Below, one piece after another: positions 22,214-31,677 of a stretch of DNA of 64,000 nucleotides. This stretch comes from an uncultured Alphaproteobacteria bacterium (GTDB lineage Bacteria > Pseudomonadota > Alphaproteobacteria > RF32 > CAG-239). Position 1 is the first letter of the stretch, and each line of letters starts with the position of its first letter. The translations under genes and the position numbers were made by a program. The DNA is taken from NCBI GenBank assembly GCA_949297145.1, contig CASFQO010000012.1, positions 67,401 to 131,400 of the forward strand, in the 5' to 3' direction. The notes below the pieces were generated by a model. The model was not told the origin of the DNA and made no database searches. It saw nothing but the letters and a program-made list of their open reading frames with translations.

Positions 22214-22897
22214 ATGCATATGAAAAGAATTTATACCCAATTATTGGTAGCTCTTTGTGTTGTATGTTTTTCTTATCCCGTAAAAGCGCAAATTCTTGAC
22301 GAAGCTCCTGGTGATTTTGTGGCTCCTTCTCCATCGATGGAAAATAGTAGCTCAGCTGTTCAGACTAATAATGACAGTGAGGAACTTTTTAATGAAATGT
22401 TTAGCGACCACCCTATCAGCGAGCGAGAACCGGACAGAGTTGAAAATTTTGATAGCGCCGTTGAAAACACTGCTCAAACTTTACAAGAAAGTGATGCCTT
22501 GAATACGGCAACAAGAAAGCGCCCTGTGATGGAGCCGATTACGGGTGATTTGAAAATTGGAGTGGTTAAAGGGAGTTTTAGAGTTTTTCAGAGCTACTCG
22601 GGAAAAACTCAATGTACATTTCATGTTTTGCTGAAATCTGAAATCAATCGCGACATTAAATCTATGGGCGTTAGATTGATTTATCCACATAGAGCTTTTG
22701 CGTTTGTATTTAGGAATGTTGCCGCGAACACATCTCAAGAGCGCTCTATCACAACATCCGGAAATATTTGTTACACTTTTGGAGGGGTGCCGGATATGGA
22801 AGTTAACCTTTGCCGTATTGTTAATACCATTGATACGGAATGCGCAAAACGTCTAAAATGGGATAATAACATGGAAGCGGCAAATCCTCAAGAATAG
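22214..22897 (+). CDS. secreted hypothetical protein (four Cys), possible distant paralogue of the preceding gene
   Basis: Signal peptide KRIYTQLLVALCVVCFSYPVKAQ, with RBS AGGGAGAA upstream. The start is ATG 22214 or ATG 22220. A weak hairpin plus T-run follows at 22905-22926. Confidence 0.5.
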   Translation: MHMKRIYTQLLVALCVVCFSYPVKAQILDEAPGDFVAPSPSMENSSSAVQTNNDSEELFNEMFSDHPISEREPDRVENFDSAVENTAQTLQESDALNTATRKRPVMEPITGDLKIGVVKGSFRVFQSYSGKTQCTFHVLLKSEINRDIKSMGVRLIYPHRAFAFVFRNVAANTSQERSITTSGNICYTFGGVPDMEVNLCRIVNTIDTECAKRLKWDNNMEAANPQE

Positions 22898-22967
22898 CTT
22901 TTGCGGTAAATTTTTACCTTTTTTTACTTATAGGGGCGTTTTTCTCTCCTTTTTTGTTCTAAAAATC

Positions 22968-22996
22968 TTGAAAAATGCTGCGAAATATGGTATAAT
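22968..22996 (+). promoter_or_regulatory. near-consensus sigma-70 promoter with extended -10
   Basis: TTGAAA (22968-22973), an exactly 17-nt spacer ending in TGG, then TATAAT (22991-22996). It lies about 30 nt upstream of the ATG at 23027. Confidence 0.55.
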
Positions 22997-23026
22997 TTTG
23001 TCCAGAAACATTATAATTATTATATT

Positions 23027-23350
23027 ATGAAGGAAAACATTTTTTCGTTCATTTGGGCTGGCATTTGCGCCCTCTTGAGCGTCTTGCTTCTGGTATATCT
23101 GGACGGCAAGTTAAATTTTTCTTCTGACTACTTCTTTCCAGCTATTGTGGATACCATCCACGGTTGGGGGATGTCAGTCAGAAAGGTGTTATTCTTTGCT
23201 TTGTATCTCCTGTATTGGTTGACAGGAATACATAAGCTGTTCGGTAATGGTATTCTTTCTCTTATCGGATGGGTGACACTTTTAATTATTATCGTTGTGG
23301 TATTGATTGCCGGCTATTGGTTTGTCACCTGGTTGGCAACGTTTCTCTAA
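23027..23350 (+). CDS. small integral membrane protein (107 aa)
   Basis: Three hydrophobic helices. The gene is bracketed by its own strong promoter and terminator. No Shine-Dalgarno sequence is visible and no family is recognised. Confidence 0.5.
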   Translation: MKENIFSFIWAGICALLSVLLLVYLDGKLNFSSDYFFPAIVDTIHGWGMSVRKVLFFALYLLYWLTGIHKLFGNGILSLIGWVTLLIIIVVVLIAGYWFVTWLATFL

Positions 23351-23354
23351 AAGG

Positions 23355-23399
23355 AAGAGTTGTTTTTTGGGGTTAATCCTTAAAAACAACTCTTTTTTG
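23355..23399 (+). terminator. rho-independent terminator
   Basis: A perfect 13-bp stem AAGAGTTGTTTTT / AAAAACAACTCTT with a 14-nt loop, followed by a T-run. Confidence 0.75.
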
Positions 23400-23478
23400 T
23401 TTGATTAGTTAAATTTTTACAATTATATGTTAATGCTAATTTGAATAATTGAAAACTGTCACAATAACGAGGATTAAA

Positions 23479-24213
23479 ATGGATACACAGGTTGCTACCG
23501 AGGTTGTTAATCAACTCTCTATGTGGGATATGGTTTGGTCTTCCGACTTAATTACCAAGGCGGTTATGATTGGATTGATTGCTGCTTCGGTTTGGTCGTG
23601 GGCTATTATTTTTGAAAAAATCAATACATTACGGCAAGTTAAGCGCTTGTCTAAACATTTTGAAGAGCGCTTTTGGTCCGGCGGTTCTTTGGATAAACTC
23701 TATGATTCTATCGGGAATCCACAAGACCCTATGTCTGCGATGTTTGTTGCCGCAATGAAAGAGTGGCGCAGAACGAATATTATGAAGTCTAAAACGGATA
23801 GAGGTTTGCGGGGCGTTTCTCTTCAACAACGAATCGAAAAAGCTATGATGGTTTCTATGGATAAAGAATTGGATGAATTAGATAATCATATGGGATTTTT
23901 GGCTTCTACCGGTTCGGTTGCTCCTTTGGTTGGCTTGTTTGGAACCGTTTGGGGTATTATTTCTTGCTTTAACGCTATTGCCGTTACACAAAGCAACTCC
24001 TTAACATCTATCGCGCCAGGTATTGCAGAAGCTCTGTTTACCACCGCTTTTGGTTTGATTGCCGCTATTCCTGCCTATATTGCGTACAATATGATTACTT
24101 CGGATATTGACAGATATGCAAAAAAACTTGAAAACTTTATGGCTGAATTTTCCAGCATCTTATCTCGCGAAATTGACGATACCACAATTAAAGCCGAAAT
24201 GGCCGGAGAATAA
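23479..24213 (+). CDS. tolQ: Tol-Pal system protein TolQ
   Basis: ATG 23479 follows GAGGA. The three-TM MotA/TolQ/ExbB pattern is present (GLFGTVWGII, IAPGIAEALFTTAFGL). tolR follows directly. Confidence 0.9.
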   Translation: MDTQVATEVVNQLSMWDMVWSSDLITKAVMIGLIAASVWSWAIIFEKINTLRQVKRLSKHFEERFWSGGSLDKLYDSIGNPQDPMSAMFVAAMKEWRRTNIMKSKTDRGLRGVSLQQRIEKAMMVSMDKELDELDNHMGFLASTGSVAPLVGLFGTVWGIISCFNAIAVTQSNSLTSIAPGIAEALFTTAFGLIAAIPAYIAYNMITSDIDRYAKKLENFMAEFSSILSREIDDTTIKAEMAGE

Positions 24214-24215
24214 AT

Positions 24216-24644
24216 ATGGTAATGATTAACGGAAGAATCCAAAGACGCGGCAGCCGTCGTAATGCTGATATCAATATGACAAACCTTATGGATGTTATGA
24301 TGGTGCTTTTGGTTGTGTTTATGGTTGCGGCACCTTTGATGACATCTGGTATTCCTTTGGATTTGCCAAAAGTCGGCGGCGGCACCCTAAACGGAAAAGA
24401 CACCTCTATTAATATCAGCGTTGATAAAGATGGTTTTTATTATATCGGGCAAAGCCAGATTGATCCGGACACTATTGTTGATAAAATCATGGCTATTAAA
24501 GGGGAAAATAAAGATGTTACTATCACCATTTCCGGTGATGCATCTTCTTCTTATGGTAGTGTTATCGGTTTGATGGCGCTGCTTAAAGACGCCGGATTTA
24601 GCAAAGTTGGCTTAAAGACAGAAGCTCGTCGCGATAAAAAATAA
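24216..24644 (+). CDS. tolR: Tol-Pal system protein TolR (ExbD/TolR family)
   Basis: Starts 2 nt after the tolQ stop. It has an N-terminal basic segment plus a single TM (INMTNLMDVMMVLLVVFMV) and an ExbD-like periplasmic domain. Confidence 0.85.
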   Translation: MVMINGRIQRRGSRRNADINMTNLMDVMMVLLVVFMVAAPLMTSGIPLDLPKVGGGTLNGKDTSINISVDKDGFYYIGQSQIDPDTIVDKIMAIKGENKDVTITISGDASSSYGSVIGLMALLKDAGFSKVGLKTEARRDKK

Positions 24645-24664
24645 TATAATAGAAAGCTGTTTTT

Positions 24665-25693
24665 ATGATGAAAAAAAGTTACGTTTATAAATCGGTGGCG
24701 CTACACATTGCAGTTGTTCTGCTTTGTGTCTTTGATGTACCGTTTTTAAGTCATAAGCGGACTTTTGATGAACAGCCGCCTATTATTGTAGATTTGGAAA
24801 ATATCAAAATCACCGACACAACTAACTTGCCTGAAAAAGCGGTGCGCGGTAAAGAAAGAAAACCGGCGACACGTAAAGAAAAACCGATTGAAGAAAACTT
24901 TACTCAAAAAACAGCTACACCAAAACCGGAGGCAAAGCCTGTTGAAACGAAACCCGAGCCGGAAGTTAAAGCGCCGGAAATCAAATCTCCTTCTTTGATA
25001 GAAGAAGCTCCCAAAGAAGAAATTACTAAAGAAGAACCCAAAAAAGAATCTAAAGAACCGCTCAAGGAAAAGAAAAAGCCGGCACCCATCCCGCAAAAGA
25101 AGCCGCAAGTAAAACCAAAGCAAAAGCCGGCTCAGCCGAAAAAGACAGATGACAGCGCGGCAAATAGCGCACCGACGTCTTCTGCAAAATCTAAAAAGCC
25201 TGCTTTGCGTAGCGCGAATCCGTTACAAAGTTTGATGAACTCTGTTGATGATTTACAAAAACAAATTGGTGAGGAAGATGCTCCGGCTCAAGTTCCTGAA
25301 GACGAGCCTGTAAATAATCTTGGTGTTGAGGGCGGAAACAGCAAAGGTTCTTATTTCAGTGAACTGTCTGTTTCTGGTATTGATTTTGTAAAATCTAAAA
25401 TTCAAGAATCTTGGAAAACAATTGCCGGTGGTAAAGATGACCGCAATATTGAAGTTATCATTAACGTCAAACTAACCAAAGAAGGATTGATTCAATCTGT
25501 TGATATTGAAGATATGTCCAGATATCGCTCCGACAGATATTTTCAAGCTCTGGCTGACAGTGCGGAAAGAGCTATTTATATCGCACAAGAAGTGCACAAT
25601 GTCTTTAAGGTTTTATCTGCACAAAATGGCTCAAATTACAACGAGTGGAAAGAGATACGCTTCACATTTACGCCTTTGGGGTTAACCAAATAA
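24665..25693 (+). CDS. tolA: Tol-Pal system protein TolA
   Basis: An N-terminal TM is followed by a long K/P/E/A-rich linker (about 24850-25200) and a compact C-terminal domain. Its position after tolQR supports the call. Confidence 0.7.
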   Translation: MMKKSYVYKSVALHIAVVLLCVFDVPFLSHKRTFDEQPPIIVDLENIKITDTTNLPEKAVRGKERKPATRKEKPIEENFTQKTATPKPEAKPVETKPEPEVKAPEIKSPSLIEEAPKEEITKEEPKKESKEPLKEKKKPAPIPQKKPQVKPKQKPAQPKKTDDSAANSAPTSSAKSKKPALRSANPLQSLMNSVDDLQKQIGEEDAPAQVPEDEPVNNLGVEGGNSKGSYFSELSVSGIDFVKSKIQESWKTIAGGKDDRNIEVIINVKLTKEGLIQSVDIEDMSRYRSDRYFQALADSAERAIYIAQEVHNVFKVLSAQNGSNYNEWKEIRFTFTPLGLTK

Positions 25694-25697
25694 TCTC

Positions 25698-26309
25698 TTA
25701 AATGTTCAGGCGATATCCGTTGTTTTCTGTTAAAATCAATTGACTACCTCCCTCTTGTTCTACTTTTTGGCGGAGGCGATATATATGGGTTTCTATGGTG
25801 TGCGTCGTTACGTCTGAGCAATATTCCCAAACGTCCTCTAGCAAATCTTCTTTACTCACACACTTGGGAGCGTTTTGGTATAGATATTTCAGAATTATAA
25901 CTTCTTTTTCGGTTAATTTTATGATTTTTCCTGAGGGGTGTATTTCTATTTCCTTTTTAGCGGGATAGAGATTGTATTCTTTGAAACTAATACACTCTTT
26001 TCTCCGGATTTTCGGAAGCAGTGTCCCTTCTTTAAAATCATGCAAAAACTTATCTAGTCTAAAGGGCTTTTTTATCACTATATCGGCTTGTTCTAATGTA
26101 TCTAAATGATCGGAAAGTAATATTATCGGGGTTTCTTTATTCTCGGCGCGCATAGATTTTACTAAATTCTTGTCTTCATCTATGAGGATGAAGGATGTAT
26201 CTTTATCCGGTGTATCTTGAATTTCCGTTTCAGGTACGCTGATTTCTATCTGACCTTTTATATCTTCTAAAAAAGCGCTGTCTTTTGAGTAAATACATAT
26301 CTTGTTCAT
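25698..26309 (-). CDS. OmpR/PhoB-type winged-helix response regulator with a short, atypical receiver
   Basis: The C-terminal wHTH has LTEKEVIILKYLYQN...TIETHIYRLRQKV. The N-terminal ~100 aa are receiver-like (FILIDED, PIILLS, KKPF), but the acidic pair after strand 1 reads SKDS. The ATG overlaps the porin stop (ATGA). Confidence 0.7.
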   Translation of the reverse strand: MNKICIYSKDSAFLEDIKGQIEISVPETEIQDTPDKDTSFILIDEDKNLVKSMRAENKETPIILLSDHLDTLEQADIVIKKPFRLDKFLHDFKEGTLLPKIRRKECISFKEYNLYPAKKEIEIHPSGKIIKLTEKEVIILKYLYQNAPKCVSKEDLLEDVWEYCSDVTTHTIETHIYRLRQKVEQEGGSQLILTENNGYRLNI

Positions 26310-27409
26310 ATCGCCAACTCCACTCCGAAAATAAAAGCATATCCTTTACTGTTATTGGTTATATCATTGTTTTCGCCATCCGCTTTCAGGTGTGCGGCCG
26401 TGAATGACAGGGTAACATATTTGTTATATTGGTAACTGTTGGAAAAACTAATGATTTCATTTTTATTATCCGTCTTTTTCGCTTTTGATACAAAATATGA
26501 TATGCCGGTTGTAAAAGGCCCGATTTCATAGCTTAAACCGATATTATAGGCATCTCCTTCTCGGTACGAATCGTAAAGATTTTCTTTATTCAGAGCATAA
26601 TGCGTTGTATCTGCCTCTGTTTTGCGATATGAACCACCTAAAGTCCACCCTTTGCGATAAATGCTCATACCGGCCGAATACTCTTGGTCATTGTTTTTGT
26701 AATCTGCATATCCTAGTGAGCTTTCTAATTCATAACCCCATATATTCCATAGGCCGTATGCGCCAAAAATATAGGCTTCATCATCTTTATATGGTGCATC
26801 TTTGGCTACAAGACCTGTTTGGCTATATGTTTTCGGAACATAGGTAGCTCCTAATTTTATTCCGTAAAATGATGTGGTTACATAACTTATTTTAGGAGAT
26901 ACACCATCCGTATTTATATATGTTGAATTTAGAGTTTTGTATTGCGCATCGTGCCCTTTTTTATACCAATTCGGATTTGTTATAAAATTAACTAAATCCG
27001 TATTATTCGTACGGTAGAAACCTATATTCGGCGCACCCACCGCCATCTCATAGGCTACGTTATTCTTTTGTCCGACAGATATTTCACCATATGGGGTTTC
27101 CGTTAGTAAATAAACCTCCTCTCCCCAGATGCCTTGATTGTAATTCTCTATTTCTTTGGCTGTGTCTGCCATTAAATATCCTACCAAAGATGTGGCATAA
27201 TCCTTATTAAACTCATAGGTCATTCGTCCATAAAAATTAAAGGATGAGTTTATATTATTCTGTTTATACAGTTTGTTGTATGGTTTGGCATAATCTGTAT
27301 ATCCATAAAAAGTGTTTACAGATGCAGAATAATCTGTTTCTAATCCTTTGGCCATAACTTCGGGAGACAAGAATAGGGCGCTTAGCAAAAATAGTGGGGA
27401 AATTTTCAT
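26306..27409 (-). CDS. outer-membrane porin (beta-barrel)
   Basis: ATG 27409 follows GAGGAA, and the signal peptide ends PEVMA. Tyr/Gly-rich amphipathic strands run throughout, as in Gram-negative porins. Confidence 0.6.
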   Translation of the reverse strand: MKISPLFLLSALFLSPEVMAKGLETDYSASVNTFYGYTDYAKPYNKLYKQNNINSSFNFYGRMTYEFNKDYATSLVGYLMADTAKEIENYNQGIWGEEVYLLTETPYGEISVGQKNNVAYEMAVGAPNIGFYRTNNTDLVNFITNPNWYKKGHDAQYKTLNSTYINTDGVSPKISYVTTSFYGIKLGATYVPKTYSQTGLVAKDAPYKDDEAYIFGAYGLWNIWGYELESSLGYADYKNNDQEYSAGMSIYRKGWTLGGSYRKTEADTTHYALNKENLYDSYREGDAYNIGLSYEIGPFTTGISYFVSKAKKTDNKNEIISFSNSYQYNKYVTLSFTAAHLKADGENNDITNNSKGYAFIFGVELAI

Positions 27410-27581
27410 TTGGTATTCCTCGAAATATTCTCTCTTTTGCTTGAATATAAAACTATCTTTCTGTCTTAACAAGACTAATATTGTTTATAACCTAAAAAAT
27501 TCTGGATAAATATAATGCTTTTTGCTTTAACTTGACTTATATGATATATAGAACGAAATGAAAATTTATGGAGTAAATATA

Positions 27582-29111
27582 ATGCAGAAACCTGTTATGC
27601 TTTTAATTTTGGATGGTTGGGGATACCGTAAAAATATTACTAAAGATAACGCTATTGAGCAAGGTCATACACCTAATTGGCACTCTTTATTGAAAACTTG
27701 CCCACATTGTTTTGTGGAAACTTCCGGATATGATGTTGGTCTTCCGGATGGGCAAATGGGTAATTCTGAAGTTGGACACACAAATTTAGGTGCCGGTCGT
27801 GTTGTTATGCAAGATTTGCCTAAAATTGATTTGGCTATTAAAGATGGTTCTTTGGAGAAAAATCCTACTTTGGTTGAAATGATAAATAAATTAAAAGAAA
27901 CTAAAGGTACTTGTCATTTGATGGGATTGATGTCTCCGGGTGGTGTTCACTCTCACCAGAAACATATTGAGGCTATGTGTGCAATTTTACACAAAAATAA
28001 TATTCCTGTTTGTGTTCATGCATTTTTGGATGGGCGAGATACCCCTCCTCAATCTGCAAAAGAGTTTTTAGCGGAATTCGAGCAAAATATTCATAATTTA
28101 ACCGATGTTAAGGTTGCAACTATTTCCGGCCGTTTCTATGCAATGGATAGAGATAAACGTTGGGATAGAGTTGAAAAAGCATACAACAATATTGTTTTAG
28201 CAGACGGACAACGTTATGCTTCTTCTCAAGAGGCTATTATTGCTTCTTATAACAATGGCGTTACCGACGAGTTTGTTGTTCCGGCTGTTATTGGCGATTA
28301 TCAAGGAGCAAAAGACGGCGATGCTGTTCTTATGATTAACTTTAGAGCTGACAGAGCAAGAGAAATTCTTTATGCTTTGGGTGATAAAGATTTCACAGGA
28401 TTTGAGAGAAAGAAAATTGTTCACTTTGTTGAACTTGTCGGAATGGTTGAATATTCCGTTGACCACAATCGCTTTATGAAAACTATTTTTGCACCTGAAG
28501 CATTAAAAAATATTTTTGGTGAAGTTGTTGCAAATCATGGACTTACTCAGTTACGAATCGCTGAAACGGAAAAATATGCGCATGTTACGTTTTTCTTTAA
28601 TGGCGGTGAAGAAAAAGAATTTAAAGGTGAAGACCGTATTCTTATAAATAGTCCTAAAGTTGTCACTTATGACTTAAAACCTGAAATGAGTGTTTATGAA
28701 GTTACCGCTGCTCTTACGGATGCTATTGAAAAGCAAAAATATGACGTCATTATTTGTAACTTTGCTAACGGAGATATGGTTGGTCATACTGGTATTATGG
28801 ATGCAGCCCTTAAAGCTGTTGCCGCTGTTGATGATTGCTTGGGTAAAGTTATGAAGGCCATTAAAGATGTTAACGGGGTGCTTTTTGTTACTGCAGACCA
28901 TGGTAACGTCGAAAAAATGGTTGATGAAAAAACAGGCGAGCCATATACCGCACATACTGTTGGAAAGGTTCAAGCTGTTTTGTATAATGCAGAACCTCCT
29001 ATTAAAGGATTAAATGACGGCAGATTAGCGGATGTTTCTCCGACACTTCTTGATTTGATGGGAATCGAAAAACCTCAAGAAATGACAGGAAAATCCCTCA
29101 TTATTAAATAG
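27582..29111 (+). CDS. gpmI: 2,3-bisphosphoglycerate-independent phosphoglycerate mutase
   Basis: ATG 27582 follows TGGAG. N-terminus PVMLLILDGWG, catalytic Ser loop MGNSEVGHTNLGAGR, and ADHGN near the C-terminus. Confidence 0.95.
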   Translation: MQKPVMLLILDGWGYRKNITKDNAIEQGHTPNWHSLLKTCPHCFVETSGYDVGLPDGQMGNSEVGHTNLGAGRVVMQDLPKIDLAIKDGSLEKNPTLVEMINKLKETKGTCHLMGLMSPGGVHSHQKHIEAMCAILHKNNIPVCVHAFLDGRDTPPQSAKEFLAEFEQNIHNLTDVKVATISGRFYAMDRDKRWDRVEKAYNNIVLADGQRYASSQEAIIASYNNGVTDEFVVPAVIGDYQGAKDGDAVLMINFRADRAREILYALGDKDFTGFERKKIVHFVELVGMVEYSVDHNRFMKTIFAPEALKNIFGEVVANHGLTQLRIAETEKYAHVTFFFNGGEEKEFKGEDRILINSPKVVTYDLKPEMSVYEVTAALTDAIEKQKYDVIICNFANGDMVGHTGIMDAALKAVAAVDDCLGKVMKAIKDVNGVLFVTADHGNVEKMVDEKTGEPYTAHTVGKVQAVLYNAEPPIKGLNDGRLADVSPTLLDLMGIEKPQEMTGKSLIIK

Positions 29112-29118
29112 GTCTTAT

Positions 29119-30369
29119 ATGAAGCGGATATGTGTCTTTAGCATGGTTTTATCTCTTTTGGGAGTAAATTGTTTTTCTTACAATTTATGCTATGCTAAAG
29201 ACGTATCCGAAACAGATGTTAAAAGAATTGAGGCCGAGGCTAGAAAGAAAAGTATTGAATCAAGACAACTTCAAGCTCAAGCCTTGCAGTTAAATCTTGA
29301 ACTCTCAAAAATTGATAAAACTGTTATAGGTCTTGCTCACGAGATTCAAAATAATGAAGATAAAATCTCTAGTCTTGAAAATAAATTGCTTGCTCTTAAA
29401 GAAAATTTGACAATCAAGGAAGCTGCCTTTGCCAAAGAAAATCAATCTTTGGTTCAGACTTTGGCTTCTTTACAAAATATGTCTTTGAACCCCTCTGAAG
29501 CTGTTATTTTGCAACCATTTTCTCCGGTTGATGTGATTAGAAGTGCCATTTTGCTCCGTGAAACAGTTCCGTTCTTAAATAATAAGTCTTCGAAGCTCAA
29601 AACAGACTTAGATGCTATTTATGCTCAAAAGAAACAAATAGAGACCACTGTTGAAGAAACAAAAAATAGTCAGAAAAAGTTAGAAAAACAGCAAAAAGAA
29701 ATGCGCTCGCTTATGCAAAAAAAAGCAGGTATGCGGCAGGTTTTAGAAACAAAAGGTGCTCAAACACAAAAAGAAGCAGAAGAGCTGGCTTCTAAGGCTA
29801 AAGACTTAAGAGATTTATTGATAAAACTGGAAAAACAGAAAGAACTTGCACGCAAAAAACAGGAAGAAGCGGAGCGTCTAGCTGCTTTAAAACGACAAGA
29901 AGAAATGAAAAAATTAAACGCACAACAGCAGCATACCGTTTCTCAAAAAGAACACGCATCCATAAAACAACAAGTAAAAGGTGGGCGTTTTGCTAAAGCA
30001 AAGGGAACTCTTTCTCGCCCAGTTAGGGGGACTATTATAACAGAATATGGACAGCCTCTTTCTAAAGGGGTTACCTCAAAAGGAATTGTTTATAAGACCC
30101 GTCCAAATGCTCAAGTTATCTCACTTTATGACGGAACTGTTATTTTTTCCGGTCCTTTTAAAGGATATGGTAATATTATTATTGTAGAACATGGTGATGG
30201 ATATCTGTCTCTTCTTGCCGGTTTAGGTGTTATTGACTGTGAGTTGGGGCAGATGCTGTTAGCGGGAGAACCTGTCGGCACTATGCCTGATTCTTCTAAT
30301 GCTAAACTTTATGTTGAGATTAGAAAAGACAGACACCCAATTAATCCGGCTCCATGGATTGCCAGTTAA
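29119..30369 (+). CDS. coiled-coil M23/LytM-domain protein, EnvC-like murein hydrolase activator
   Basis: It has a signal peptide, a long Q/K/E-rich coiled coil and a C-terminal LytM fold (GYGNIIIVEHGDGYLSL). The canonical HxxxD and HxH zinc ligands are not evident, as in EnvC-type activators. Confidence 0.8.
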   Translation: MKRICVFSMVLSLLGVNCFSYNLCYAKDVSETDVKRIEAEARKKSIESRQLQAQALQLNLELSKIDKTVIGLAHEIQNNEDKISSLENKLLALKENLTIKEAAFAKENQSLVQTLASLQNMSLNPSEAVILQPFSPVDVIRSAILLRETVPFLNNKSSKLKTDLDAIYAQKKQIETTVEETKNSQKKLEKQQKEMRSLMQKKAGMRQVLETKGAQTQKEAEELASKAKDLRDLLIKLEKQKELARKKQEEAERLAALKRQEEMKKLNAQQQHTVSQKEHASIKQQVKGGRFAKAKGTLSRPVRGTIITEYGQPLSKGVTSKGIVYKTRPNAQVISLYDGTVIFSGPFKGYGNIIIVEHGDGYLSLLAGLGVIDCELGQMLLAGEPVGTMPDSSNAKLYVEIRKDRHPINPAPWIAS

Positions 30370-30390
30370 TTTTATTTGATAGGAATGATT

Positions 30391-31677
30391 ATGAAAAAAA
30401 ATAAATTATTGTTTATCGCTTTGTTTGCGGGGCTGTTCTTAAGCATTGCAGATGTTCAGGCGGCAAAAAAAGAAGATGATGAAGCCAATACCTATGAGTT
30501 ACTTAACTTGTTTGGCGAAGTTATGGAAAGAGCTAAACTTAATTATGTTGAAGAAGTGAGTGACAAGAAGCTTATTGAATCTGCCATTAATGGAATGTTG
30601 ACCTCTCTAGACCCTCATTCCAGCTATCTTGATGCCGAAAGTTTTAACTATATGAATGAGCAAACAAAAGGTAAATTTGGTGGGCTTGGTATTGAAGTTA
30701 CCATGGATAACGGACTGGTTAAAGTCGTTTCTCCTATTGATGATACGCCTGCGGCAAAAGCCGGTATTAAGGCAGGAGATTATATTACACATATTAACGG
30801 TGAAACCGTTGTTGGCATGACACTTAATGACGCTGTTAGCAAAATGCGTGGTAAAGTTGGCGAGAAGGTTAAATTATCTATTCGCCGAATTAATTCTAAA
30901 CCGATTGAACTGACTATCAAGCGTCAAGAAATTAAGATTCAATCCGTTAAGAGTGAAATAAAAGAAGATTCAATTATTTATATCAGAATTTCTTCTTTTA
31001 CCGAAGATGTTGATGATGCTGTCAACAAAGCCATTAATGATGCTAAAAAGAAATTGAAAAATAAATTACTCGGAATTGTTATTGATGTCAGAAACAATCC
31101 GGGAGGTTTGTTAGATCAGGCTGTTGATGTTTCCGATTTATTCTTGGAAAAAGGTGAAATTGTTTCTACACGCTCCAGAAACGAAAGTGATACAGTCAAA
31201 TTTATGGCTAACGAAGGAGATGTTGCTAAAGGATTACCTATTGTTGTTATGATTAACGAGGGTTCTGCTTCGGCTTCTGAAATTTTAGCCGGCGCTTTGC
31301 AAGACCATCACAGAGCCATTATCTTAGGGGAAAGATCTTTTGGTAAAGGTTCAGTTCAAACGGTTATTCCACTTAGAGATTATGGTGCGATGAGATTGAC
31401 AACAGCTAGATATTACACTCCTTCCGGGCGTTCTATTCAGGCAAAAGGTATTGAACCGGATATTGAAGTAAAACCTGCGAAAGTCGAAGAATTAGAATCC
31501 TATGCTCTAAACATCAGTGAGGCAGATTTGAACAATGCTCTTAAAAATGATAGTGATGTTGCCGGTAATTCTGAAAAGAAAAAAGGTAAATCTGCTGAGG
31601 ATTTAGCTGATTATCAACTTGTTCGAGCTTTGGATTTGGTTAAAGCATTGGCTTTATATTCTAAATCTGATGAATAG
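30391..31677 (+). CDS. ctpA: carboxy-terminal processing peptidase (S41)
   Basis: ATG 30391 follows AGGAA. It has a signal peptide, a PDZ segment (GGLGIEV...AGIKAGDYI), the catalytic Ser region NEGSASASEI and the Lys region SFGKGSVQ. Confidence 0.9.
   Translation: MKKNKLLFIALFAGLFLSIADVQAAKKEDDEANTYELLNLFGEVMERAKLNYVEEVSDKKLIESAINGMLTSLDPHSSYLDAESFNYMNEQTKGKFGGLGIEVTMDNGLVKVVSPIDDTPAAKAGIKAGDYITHINGETVVGMTLNDAVSKMRGKVGEKVKLSIRRINSKPIELTIKRQEIKIQSVKSEIKEDSIIYIRISSFTEDVDDAVNKAINDAKKKLKNKLLGIVIDVRNNPGGLLDQAVDVSDLFLEKGEIVSTRSRNESDTVKFMANEGDVAKGLPIVVMINEGSASASEILAGALQDHHRAIILGERSFGKGSVQTVIPLRDYGAMRLTTARYYTPSGRSIQAKGIEPDIEVKPAKVEELESYALNISEADLNNALKNDSDVAGNSEKKKGKSAEDLADYQLVRALDLVKALALYSKSDE

Noticed and set aside
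24746-25123. Antisense ORFs of 125 and 61 aa lie inside tolA.
   Set aside because: They coincide with the K/P/E-rich linker of TolA, and the compositional bias keeps the opposite strand open. The repetitive F/R/L translation is not protein-like.
23479-25693. tolQRA is not followed by tolB-pal, and mlaEF (39168-40745) has no mlaD.
   Set aside because: Split Tol and Mla loci occur in rearranged or reduced genomes, and the missing genes may simply lie elsewhere. This cannot be judged from one window and is not evidence of loss or novelty.
29119-30369. The M23/LytM domain lacks obvious HxxxD and HxH zinc ligands, which raised the question of a pseudogene.
   Set aside because: The ORF is intact, and EnvC/NlpD-type amidase activators are known to carry catalytically degenerate LytM domains. 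This is the expected state for this conserved gpmI-envC-like-ctpA neighbourhood.
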